The notes under the pieces: model-generated | What the model was told of the DNA's origin: nothing | The model's input: the letters and a program-made list of their open reading frames with translations, nothing else | The model's database searches: none | Made by a program: the position numbers and the translations under genes | NCBI GenBank assembly: GCA_963807605.1 | Contig: CAWECG010000001.1 | Location: 192,001-256,000 of the forward strand | Reading direction: 5' to 3' | Length of the DNA stretch: 64,000 bases | From: Candidatus Bathyarchaeota archaeon | GTDB lineage: Archaea; Thermoproteota; Bathyarchaeia; 40CM-2-53-6; RBG-13-38-9 | Part shown: piece after piece, positions 21,232-29,564 of the stretch | How the letters are laid out: each line of letters opens with the position of its first letter | How positions within the stretch are numbered: position 1 is the first letter of the stretch

Positions 21232-21732
21232 TCATTTCTCCCTTAGCTTTATTGCTGCCACAAGTGTGGCGAGAGATAGGCCGATGACCGTGCCTCCTGC
21301 AACAAGTATCTGAAGTATTGAGGTTAGAGGGATGGTGACTAGGGGGATGGTTTGTGGTTTGTTGATGAAGTGAGGGTCATGACAGCCGGTGCAATTGATA
21401 GTGATAATCCCGTGCTTTCCGTCTTTCCAAGCTTGGTAGAACTCCGCGTGGCACTGGGCACAGAGAGTAGGGGATTGCTCTATGGGAATTACTTTTCCAT
21501 TCTTGAGTGTCAACGTTGACATATCGGGGCTATGGCATGTTGTGCAGGGGGACGTGGGAAATCTATGCCTATCCATGCTCATGGGATGACATCTGGTACA
21601 GTCCACATTATCAGGATCAGACGCCTTGAAGTACTGGCTCTGCAACACGATGACAGCTACAACTAGAATAAATGCAAGAAAAATAACGATCCTTTTCAGA
21701 TCTGTTGGAGTTCTTGCTTCGAGCCTTGTCAT
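21232..21732 (-). CDS. Membrane-anchored tetraheme cytochrome c
   Basis: Four CxxCH motifs (CTRCH, CTTCH, CAQCH, CTGCH); N- and C-terminal TM helices. Confidence 0.9.
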   Translation of the reverse strand: MTRLEARTPTDLKRIVIFLAFILVVAVIVLQSQYFKASDPDNVDCTRCHPMSMDRHRFPTSPCTTCHSPDMSTLTLKNGKVIPIEQSPTLCAQCHAEFYQAWKDGKHGIITINCTGCHDPHFINKPQTIPLVTIPLTSILQILVAGGTVIGLSLATLVAAIKLREK

Positions 21733-21748
21733 AATTGCTCACTATGAT

Positions 21749-23009
21749 TCAGTGTTTGAGCGCATTTGCCATAAGATCCATCACCGAGGTTACCTTGACT
21801 CCAAGGTTATAGTGTTCGTTCAGATCATTCAGTTGTGAGCGACAATTCTCGCAAGCGGACGCGACGGCGTCTGGCTTCGTCTCTCTTATCTGTTCAGCCT
21901 TCCTTCTTCCAGTCTTCATCCTCAACTCTTTGAAATCTGGTACTGCTACAACACCGCCACCAGCTCCGCAGCACCAATTGTATTGCCTGCTTGGGGGGGC
22001 CAGTTCTCTGAACTCCTTCACAGCGGCTCTTAGAACGGTTCGAGGCTCTTCGTAGATCCCGCCGTTTCGTCCAAGCTGGCAAGGATCGTGATATGTTACG
22101 ACTTCAGGGTTTGCTGATGGGTCGAGCTTGACTCTCCCGTCTTGGAGGTACTTGGCCATAATCTCCACGATGCTCTTGACTTGGAAGGGGAAGCTTCTGT
22201 TGAACCACTTTGATGCGAACTGCTTCATCACGCGGTAGCCATGTCCACACTCAGTCATGACGACGCTCTTTACATTTAACGTCTCGGCTTCCTTTATGAT
22301 CTGGCCTGTCAGGACCTTGGCGGCTTCAATATCTCCTAGAAAGTAGCTGTAGTTGGCTGCGTCAAAGAGGCTTAGCGACCAGCTATCTTTGGTATAGTTG
22401 AAGATCTTCGCAACCGGCATTATCGTGTGTGCTCCTGCTATGGGAACGTACAGCATATCCGCACCCCGGTTCTTGACCGGGATTCTTGCTTCTGGATCCG
22501 CAGTCTCTGTCTGAAGCTGGGTTTCCAAGGTCTTAATTTGTTCCAGGTAGAGATCTTCGTATTGTGAGATGTTCTTTGCCTTCTCAACCCCGACTTGAGC
22601 TATCATTGTGAGCATCTCAGGGGCTGTGCCTCCGGTCTTGCAGAGGAATCTTCCGGCTGAGACTGGCCAGGGAGGATTCTATGCCGAAAGGGCAGTGGAC
22701 AGTGCATCTTCTACACAGAGTGCACTCGAACATGGCATCCGAGACCTCTTTGAAGTTCTCATCGTTAAGCTCCATGGCTTTGAAGAACTTCGGGGCTAAT
22801 CTTCCTGCGAGGGTGTAGTATCTTCTGTGGACTCTGCGCAACAGGGCAAGCTTGTAGGCTGGTGAGTGGATCGGTGCATCGGTCTCGTAGTACATGTGGC
22901 AACGTTCTGTACAGGCACTGCAACGGGTGCAAGTGTCCAAGTGGTAGAATGCCTGTCTGGTCAGTCTCTTCTCAAGTGTCGCTGCAGTCTCTTTTCTGTT
23001 GTCAGTCAT
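21749..23009 (-). CDS. HdrD/DsrK/TmcB-like Fe-S oxidoreductase, split by a +1 frameshift near 22665
   Basis: 5' part has CTRCSACTERC and CTLCRRCTVHCP; 3' part has CCG domains TECGHG, YHDPCQLGR, CCGAGGG, ACENC. Confidence 0.88.
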
Positions 23010-23722
23010 TTTCTCTCCAGCGTGATAAGCAGGCTAGTCAGTCCCATGCCCATGGAGTGAACCATCTTGCCGAGCGGAAAGTAGATCATAAAAATCAAGG
23101 TTAGCAAATAATGGATCAAGAAAGCTAGATCTGTTGGAAGATAGGAGGGTGAGAGCGCAGCCAGACTGACGAAGTATCTTCTCAGTTCAAGAAGGTTTGT
23201 GTTTGAGAAGAATCGAATATAGATGCCGGATACAGCTATTGCCAAAACGAGTAGAATGGCAAAGTAGTCTTCAGGATCTGAGAGTTTCCTGAGAAATCTC
23301 GGAAATCGGCGACCAAAAAGGAAGAGGAGCGCGATGATCATTATGGCGCCTGTTGCACCGTCAAAGTACTTTGACACCAGTTGAAAGGTATTCGGATCGG
23401 TCTTGAGGATCTCCCAGAACCAGATGTATTTGAAGAAGGCTTTGTAGTGGCTTATCACCACCATAATCAACGAGAGATGTAAAAGCAGTGCCCCAGCCCA
23501 GAGGGCCTTCTCCTCACGCAGTAACCTTGGGTATACGAGAACATCGCGTAACACTCTCGGGAAGGCTCGGCCAAAGCCTCTTGAACCGGGGTAGATTGTG
23601 AACTGCATTTTTGCCTTTGGCCTGCGCATCCACCTGTAAAGTCTGTAAAGCATACCATCTATTAGCACGATTAACGCGATGTACGGTAGGACCGCTGTGA
23701 TAAAGAACGTTGTCCAGTCCAT
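23006..23722 (-). CDS. NarI/DsrM-like diheme cytochrome b membrane subunit
   Basis: Five TM helices, four His ligands (LLH..SH; IH..KMVH), RR..LS.PEDY, YFP.GK.VH. Confidence 0.88.
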   Translation of the reverse strand: MDWTTFFITAVLPYIALIVLIDGMLYRLYRWMRRPKAKMQFTIYPGSRGFGRAFPRVLRDVLVYPRLLREEKALWAGALLLHLSLIMVVISHYKAFFKYIWFWEILKTDPNTFQLVSKYFDGATGAIMIIALLFLFGRRFPRFLRKLSDPEDYFAILLVLAIAVSGIYIRFFSNTNLLELRRYFVSLAALSPSYLPTDLAFLIHYLLTLIFMIYFPLGKMVHSMGMGLTSLLITLERK

Positions 23723-23752
23723 TGGCCCGGTGCTCTTCCATTTTCTTAGCGG

Positions 23753-23992
23753 CTATTTGGTCTTCTTCACATGGAACTTGATCGTTGTTCCTTCGCGTTC
23801 TGTTTTAAGGATCTCGTTACCTGATGTCTTCGCCCACGCGGGGATATCTGCTAGAGTTCCAGGGTCGGTTGCCAGGACTTCTAGCACTGTCCCTGCTGGG
23901 TAATTTCTTATAGCCTCTGTGAGTTTGACTATGGGCACGGGACAGAAGAGTCCTCGTACATCCAATGTGGCGTTGGGTTTGATCTCAGTCAC
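23753..23992 (-). CDS. tusA: Sulfur carrier TusA
   Basis: LDVRGLFCPVP, VLATDPG..DIPAW. Confidence 0.95.
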   Translation of the reverse strand: MTEIKPNATLDVRGLFCPVPIVKLTEAIRNYPAGTVLEVLATDPGTLADIPAWAKTSGNEILKTEREGTTIKFHVKKTK

Positions 23993-24005
23993 TTGTGGTC
24001 GCGCC

Positions 24006-24485
24006 CTAAATGAATAATGTCATTGACGCTCCTTGGCATAGTTCCACGAATGTGGCGGCGCCGATCAAGTCATCCACTTCGGGAATCAGGTCCTCTTTGG
24101 TTATGCCGGTTAACTGCATCGTGGGAGTGCATGCGTGGAATTTGACTCCTTGTTCTTTTGCCATTTTGATCATTTCTGGGAGTGTCGGCATATTGCTCTT
24201 CTTCATTTTGCCCTTTATCATCTTGGTAGCCATGGCTGTCATCCCTGGAAGCATGCCGAGGATGTTTGGAATCGGTAGCGAAGGATTCCCGACTGGGGAC
24301 AACTTGAGATTAGCCGATTTCTTCTTGGTTATTATGTCCATTCCCCAGAAGGTAAAGTACAGGTGAACATCCCAACCCATGGCCGCAGCGGTCGTGGCTA
24401 TCATGAACGGTGGAAAGGCCATGTCGAGTGTTCCTTTAGAGATGACAATTAGAGCTTTCTTTTTCTCTTCAGTCAAATGTCTCAC
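24006..24485 (-). CDS. DsrE2-like (DrsE_2) sulfurtransferase
   Basis: GTLDMA.PP..A..AAAMG..V.LYFTFWG, ACTPTM, GAATF. Confidence 0.9.
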   Translation of the reverse strand: MRHLTEEKKKALIVISKGTLDMAFPPFMIATTAAAMGWDVHLYFTFWGMDIITKKKSANLKLSPVGNPSLPIPNILGMLPGMTAMATKMIKGKMKKSNMPTLPEMIKMAKEQGVKFHACTPTMQLTGITKEDLIPEVDDLIGAATFVELCQGASMTLFI

Positions 24486-24572
24486 CTCCGAGAACTTTCT
24501 CAGTCTCCCTCAGGTGGCACGTGTCCAGTTTTCCAGCGTTTTCTGGTTTCATCAATTGTCTAAACCCATTCC

Positions 24573-24911
24573 TTACTCTCGCCAGCCTGACCTTGTAGTC
24601 TTGGCCTCTTTGACCAGCTGTTCTTTCATGATGGACCTTACTAAGTTACATGCTTCTATGATTCTGGGGTTAGAGAGTGAGTAGTACACGCTTTTTCCTT
24701 CTCTTCTCTCATTGATTATCCTGTTGCGGCGCATGACCGAGAGATGTTGAGAGACGTTGGGTTGTCTTAGTTGTGTGATGTTTGCAAGCTCGGTGACAGT
24801 CTTTTCGCCTTTTTCCAGAATGTGAAGTATCTCGAGTCTCTTAGGATTGGTTAGGACCTTGCAGAACTCTGACTGCAGCTTGTACAGGGAGGGTTCGGAC
24901 TCAGATAGCAA
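24573..24911 (-). CDS. ArsR/SmtB-family regulator
   Basis: KVL.NPKRLEIL, VSQHL, REGKSVYYSL. Confidence 0.93.
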   Translation of the reverse strand: MLSESEPSLYKLQSEFCKVLTNPKRLEILHILEKGEKTVTELANITQLRQPNVSQHLSVMRRNRIINERREGKSVYYSLSNPRIIEACNLVRSIMKEQLVKEAKTTRSGWRE

Positions 24912-24914
24912 GAG

Positions 24915-24934
24915 TATTCAATATTTCGAATATT
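24915..24934. promoter_or_regulatory. Putative ArsR operator (palindromic)
   Basis: TATTC-N8-GAATA and AATATT-TCG-AATATT immediately upstream of the arsR start. Confidence 0.45.
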
Positions 24935-25130
24935 ATGGCTCTATTAAAGCATTTGCGAGAATTACGTTCTAACTGGGTATTATCGATTAGGGCTAGCTCT
25001 AGAAGCAGGTTTACGCGCGCGCGCTTGGCGTGTTCTTAAGTTATGTCGGTGCAGAAACTTTAAGCTCTATCTTGCTAAGAGACACGATAGGCATCTACAA
25101 CGTGCTCTTCCCTTTAAAGAGAAGTCAGCG

Positions 25131-26810
25131 ATGTTTGACTTAGCGAAAGATAATCCGATATTTTATCATGTGCTGGTTAGTGTTGTAGGTGTCGCTGTGG
25201 GCATCCTGACTTGTGCTTTCTATCTGGTATATCTGACCTTATGGTCAGAGATCACTAAAATCATAGAGTACTATAGGCCCTTCTTTTTTGTTTCTGCCTT
25301 TCTAGCCTTGGGTTTGTCTTACTTACTAGTCAGACTTTTCGCAGAAACAAAGATCACAGGGAGTGGAACTCATACTGTCCTAGAGGTTTTCCACCTTAGA
25401 AATGGCGATGTGAGTTTTCGCGACGCATTGATCAAGCCATTGGCGTCCATGTTTACCCTAGGATTCGGAGGAAGCGCTGGACCAGAGGGTCCCAGCTTGC
25501 TTCTCGGTGGGGGCGTAGCCTCGGGAATCTCAAAAAAGTTCAAAGTCAAAACAAGTTTCATGCGAAGCATATTTATCTCTGGTGCTGCTGCTGGTCTGTC
25601 CGCGACGTTTAGAACTCCCCTGACCGGAATACTTTTCGCGTTGGAAATCCCTTATAAACGAGGATTTGAAAGGGAGACATTTATCGATGCTTCCATCGCC
25701 TCAATTGTGTCTTATCTTGTCGCAGTGACAATTCTGGGTAGTGAGAGGATTTTCAAGATTGTAGAGAATGTTCAACTATCTTTAGACAATATTCTTTTGT
25801 CTCTACTCTTGGGGCTGCTATGCGGCGTCTATGCCCTATTTTTCGTCAAGACTTTCAATCTATTCGGAAGATTTGGATCGGAGATTAGAAAGAAAGCTGG
25901 AAGTTACGGAATGATCGCTTTGGGTAGCATCATGTTGGGGGCAGCAGGATATTTCTCTCTTTTCAGCATTGGTGTAGGCCTGAATTTTGTCGACGCTCTC
26001 GTCTATGGGGAAGCCATGACATTGACCTTTTTAGTCATTCTGATTCTAGTAAGGACTTTTGCAACCTGTGTAACCTTGAATTTCGGTGGTGGTGGGGGGC
26101 TCTTTTTCCCAACAATAGTTATTGGTGCAGGCATTGGTTACCTTTTCTCCACTATTTCAGGGACACCCTCGCAGGAGCTCTTTATTGCGATAGCTATAGC
26201 TGCTTTACTGGCTGGAACGCACAAGATGCTTCTTACGCCCGTCGCTTTCATAGTTGAAACATTGGGGGGCGGTTATGCCATACCTGCCCTGCTTGCTAGC
26301 AGTGTAAGTTACTTGGTGTCGGGAAAGTCTTCGTTCTATCCCCTTCAACTTGATACAAAACTGAAGTATGAAGAGCTTGCCCTTCAAAGGTTCTACGTCG
26401 ACGCGAAGAAATCGATTCCAGAACGCTTGCGTACCACTATGGCAAAGGACTTTATGACAAAGAATGTCTTAGCTCTAAACTTGGGAATGAACGTTAAAGA
26501 TGCCTTAGGGAAGTTCAGTACGACACACTTCAGAGTCTTACCCGTTATAGATCAAGAATATGACGTTGTTGGATATGTGACTCTAGAAGATCTCGGACAC
26601 ATAAGAAAGATGCATTATGAGAAAGATATTTCAGAAATCTTGACTCATAAGCCTTTAACCGTCTATGAAGAGACTAGTCTGGAGAAAGTTGCCGATTCTA
26701 TGATTGAGCGTGACGAAGACCACGTCTTCGTGACGGATAATAAGGGGAAACTCCTAGGAGTAATTGCAAGCATTGACGTGGTAAGAAAAATATTGGAGCT
26801 TTCCGCATGA
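25131..26810 (+). CDS. CLC chloride channel/transporter with a C-terminal CBS pair
   Basis: GSG, GGSAGPEGP, GAAAG..ATF..PL.G.LFALE, GGLFFP; CBS domains. Confidence 0.93.
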   Translation: MFDLAKDNPIFYHVLVSVVGVAVGILTCAFYLVYLTLWSEITKIIEYYRPFFFVSAFLALGLSYLLVRLFAETKITGSGTHTVLEVFHLRNGDVSFRDALIKPLASMFTLGFGGSAGPEGPSLLLGGGVASGISKKFKVKTSFMRSIFISGAAAGLSATFRTPLTGILFALEIPYKRGFERETFIDASIASIVSYLVAVTILGSERIFKIVENVQLSLDNILLSLLLGLLCGVYALFFVKTFNLFGRFGSEIRKKAGSYGMIALGSIMLGAAGYFSLFSIGVGLNFVDALVYGEAMTLTFLVILILVRTFATCVTLNFGGGGGLFFPTIVIGAGIGYLFSTISGTPSQELFIAIAIAALLAGTHKMLLTPVAFIVETLGGGYAIPALLASSVSYLVSGKSSFYPLQLDTKLKYEELALQRFYVDAKKSIPERLRTTMAKDFMTKNVLALNLGMNVKDALGKFSTTHFRVLPVIDQEYDVVGYVTLEDLGHIRKMHYEKDISEILTHKPLTVYEETSLEKVADSMIERDEDHVFVTDNKGKLLGVIASIDVVRKILELSA

Positions 26811-26929
26811 GGAGCGGACGCTAATCGAAGTCTGGTTTTACTATGCAATATCTACAGTCATTTTCGGGAGTTTCTTTCTGATATACGGTGCATTTACTGA
26901 GAAATAGCTATGCCGTCTGGAAAAGATTT

Positions 26930-26954
26930 TGGCGGACGCGACGGGATTTGAACC
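26930..26954 (-). other. Isolated tRNA 3' fragment (T-loop + acceptor strand + CCA), att-site-like; possibly tRNA-Arg
   Basis: GGTTCAAATCCCGTCGCGTCCGCCA; no matching 5' half nearby. Confidence 0.7.
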
Positions 26955-27122
26955 TCTTTATGGCGGAGCTTGAGAGGCTCTCAAAGAACTGCTTGTCTAG
27001 CCTGCTCTTTAGTCGTCATTTCTCTAACATACGGTTCTACTGCTATCCATAAAGAGGAAACAGAGGGAGAAAGGCATAACGCTAAATTAACGTTGAGTGA
27101 GACATAGTAGTGACGTGTCTTT

Positions 27123-27371
27123 ATGCCGAGAAGGAAGAAGAGTTCAAGCATAATATCTGAAGTACTAACATCCGCTGAAAACCTAAGGAACAGTCTAAAC
27201 GCTGTCCCAGCTGAGGTTCAAGAAAAAATTAGAGATTTGGCTTTAGTTATAGTCAGCAAAACTGAAAAGCGGCGTGGTCGCCCACCAGGAAAGCGAAGGG
27301 GCAGACCGAGAAAGAAAAGGGGCAGACCAAGGAAGAGGGCAAAAGCAGTAGAGACGGCACCACAAGCTTAA
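27123..27371 (+). CDS. Small basic protein with three AT-hook-like RGRP motifs
   Basis: KRRGRPPGKRRGRPRKKRGRPRKR. Confidence 0.8.
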   Translation: MPRRKKSSSIISEVLTSAENLRNSLNAVPAEVQEKIRDLALVIVSKTEKRRGRPPGKRRGRPRKKRGRPRKRAKAVETAPQA

Positions 27372-27385
27372 GTGGACGGCAAGCG

Positions 27386-27428
27386 TACGGGGAAGCCCAC
27401 GGTTTTAGTCGTGGGAGGAAGACGGTAC
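27386..27428 (+). mobile_element. Orphan IS200/IS605-family terminal hairpin
   Basis: GAAGCCCACGGTTTTAGTCGTGGGAGGAAG; same GAAGCCCAC..TTTAG..GTGGG pattern as the tnpB element ends. Confidence 0.65.
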
Positions 27429-27546
27429 AACTCGGTGTTTATACGATTATTAGTATAAACACTAATGTGTTGACACTGCTGATCGAAGCTAAAATCTCTC
27501 CGATTTCAGTTTCAATATCTATCCTAATAAATGAGGGCTTTCATGA

Positions 27547-29562
27547 ATGGCCGCGAAGGGACTCTTTAGACTCGTTACAGACTACACGCCTAAGGGCGAT
27601 CAGCCAGAAGCCATCAGATTACTATCAGAAGGCGTTAAACAGCGACTTGAGGGTCAGACCCTTAAGGGTGCTACAGGAACAGGGAAAACCTTTGTCATAG
27701 CACATGTCATAGCGAATACGCAGCGACCAACCTTAGTAATCTCGCACAATAAGACCCTTGCAGCCCAACTCTATACAGAGTTCAAGACATTCTTTCCAGA
27801 AAACGCTGCTGAATACTTCGTAAGTTACTACGATTACTATCAACCTGAAGCCTACGTTCCAAAGACCGACACTTACATTGCCAAAGAGACCTCGATAAAT
27901 GATGAGATTGACAGGCTGAGGCATTCAACTACCCAGTCCCTGCTCTCCCGAAGGGACGTAATAGTTGTGGCCAGTGTCTCCTGCCTGTATGGTCTTGGTT
28001 CTCCCCAAGAGTACCTGAGAGTCGTCCTCCACCTGAGAAAAGGTCAGTCTGTAAACAGAAACGAGGTACTCAGGAGACTTGTCGATATGCAGTATGAGAG
28101 AAACGATGTTGCCTTGAGCAGAGGGCGCTTCAGAGCAAGGGGGAATACGATTGAGATCTGCCCGGTCAACCAGGAGAACGTCTTCAGGATCCAGCTTCTG
28201 GGCGACAGGATCGAAGAGATCGTTGAACTCGATCCCGTCACCGGATACATGAAGAATATGAAAGAATACGTCTTCGTATTCCCAGCCAAACATTTCGTAA
28301 CACCGAGAGATGAACTCCTACGAGTGATCAAATCTATCCAGGAGGAACTGGAAGCGAGACTTCTAGAGCTGAGATCTGCCGGGAAGTTGCTTGAGGCTCA
28401 AAGACTTGAGCAAAGAACAAGATACGACTTGGAGATGATCGCTCAGATGGGTTACTGCCCGGGGATTGAGAACTATTCCAGACACTTCGATGGACGTAAC
28501 CCAGGTGAGCCCCCGCAGACTCTGCTGGATTATTTCCCTAAAGGATTCCTGACTGTTATTGACGAATCCCACGTTACTATCCCCCAACTGCATGGAATGT
28601 ACGGTGGAGATCTGTCGAGGAAAGAGATCCTGATAGAGCACGGATTCAGGTTGCCTTCAGCCAAAGACAACAGGCCATTGACCTTCGAGGAGTTCAATGC
28701 AAAGGTCGGACAGGTAATCTATATGTCAGCGACCCCTGCCCACTATGAATTGCAGAAAAGCCAAAGGGTTGTTGAACAGATAATTAGGCCGACAGGGCTT
28801 GTTGACCCTGAGATAATAGTCAGACCGGTAAAAGGTCAGGTCCAAGATCTGCTCCAAGAGATAAAGGCCAGAGCACAAAGAAAAGAGAAGACTCTAGTCA
28901 CAACCTTAACAAAGAAGATGGCTGAGAATTTGGCTGAGTACCTGCAGGAGAGTGGAATTAACGTTCATTATCTTCACTCGGAGATTCAAACTCTAGAGAG
29001 GGTTGATATACTAAAGGATCTTCGCCTCGGAGTCTACGATGCCGTAGTCGGCGTCAACCTTTTGAGGGAAGGGTTAGACCTTCCGGAAGTCTCTCTTGTC
29101 GCAATCCTGGATGCTGACAGCGAAGGTTTCCTACGCTCCGAGACCTCACTCATACAGACCATGGGCAGAGCCTCCCGGAATATCTCAGGTCAAGTGATAA
29201 TGTACGCGGATCGCATCACGAATTCAATGAATAGGGCTATAGACGAGACCAACCGTAGGCGCGCAATCCAGCGAGTCTACAATAGGGAGCACGATATAGT
29301 CCCTGAGACGATAAAGAAAGAGGTCAAGAGTATACTCGCTGCAGCCCCAGTCCTTCAGGCTCAACATGGGATCTCAGTTCCCGAAGCACCAAGATCACTC
29401 AGGGTCAAATTCCGGTCAAGAGACGAGTTTGAAGCAGTCATAGCCAGTCTGGAGGAGGAGATGCTTGAGGCTGCAAAGAAACTGGAGTTCGAGAAAGCGG
29501 CGGCTATAAGGGACCAGATAAGGCTGCTTAGAAGGGGTGAGAAGGTTTCAACGGCAATATAA
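27547..29562 (+). CDS. uvrB: Excinuclease ABC subunit B
   Basis: [36 protein letters not shown]-terminal UVR motif. Confidence 0.98.
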   Translation: MAAKGLFRLVTDYTPKGDQPEAIRLLSEGVKQRLEGQTLKGATGTGKTFVIAHVIANTQRPTLVISHNKTLAAQLYTEFKTFFPENAAEYFVSYYDYYQPEAYVPKTDTYIAKETSINDEIDRLRHSTTQSLLSRRDVIVVASVSCLYGLGSPQEYLRVVLHLRKGQSVNRNEVLRRLVDMQYERNDVALSRGRFRARGNTIEICPVNQENVFRIQLLGDRIEEIVELDPVTGYMKNMKEYVFVFPAKHFVTPRDELLRVIKSIQEELEARLLELRSAGKLLEAQRLEQRTRYDLEMIAQMGYCPGIENYSRHFDGRNPGEPPQTLLDYFPKGFLTVIDESHVTIPQLHGMYGGDLSRKEILIEHGFRLPSAKDNRPLTFEEFNAKVGQVIYMSATPAHYELQKSQRVVEQIIRPTGLVDPEIIVRPVKGQVQDLLQEIKARAQRKEKTLVTTLTKKMAENLAEYLQESGINVHYLHSEIQTLERVDILKDLRLGVYDAVVGVNLLREGLDLPEVSLVAILDADSEGFLRSETSLIQTMGRASRNISGQVIMYADRITNSMNRAIDETNRRRAIQRVYNREHDIVPETIKKEVKSILAAAPVLQAQHGISVPEAPRSLRVKFRSRDEFEAVIASLEEEMLEAAKKLEFEKAAAIRDQIRLLRRGEKVSTAI

Positions 29563-29564
29563 TC

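Noticed and set aside
22620-22690. BHB intron in the HdrD-like gene
   Set aside because: Hairpins exist but there is no BHB geometry; removing one base is enough to restore a plausible protein
25040-25110. Fluoride riboswitch upstream of the CLC gene
   Set aside because: Only a 3'-like GCATCTAC is present; the 5' GGCGATG element and pseudoknot partner are absent
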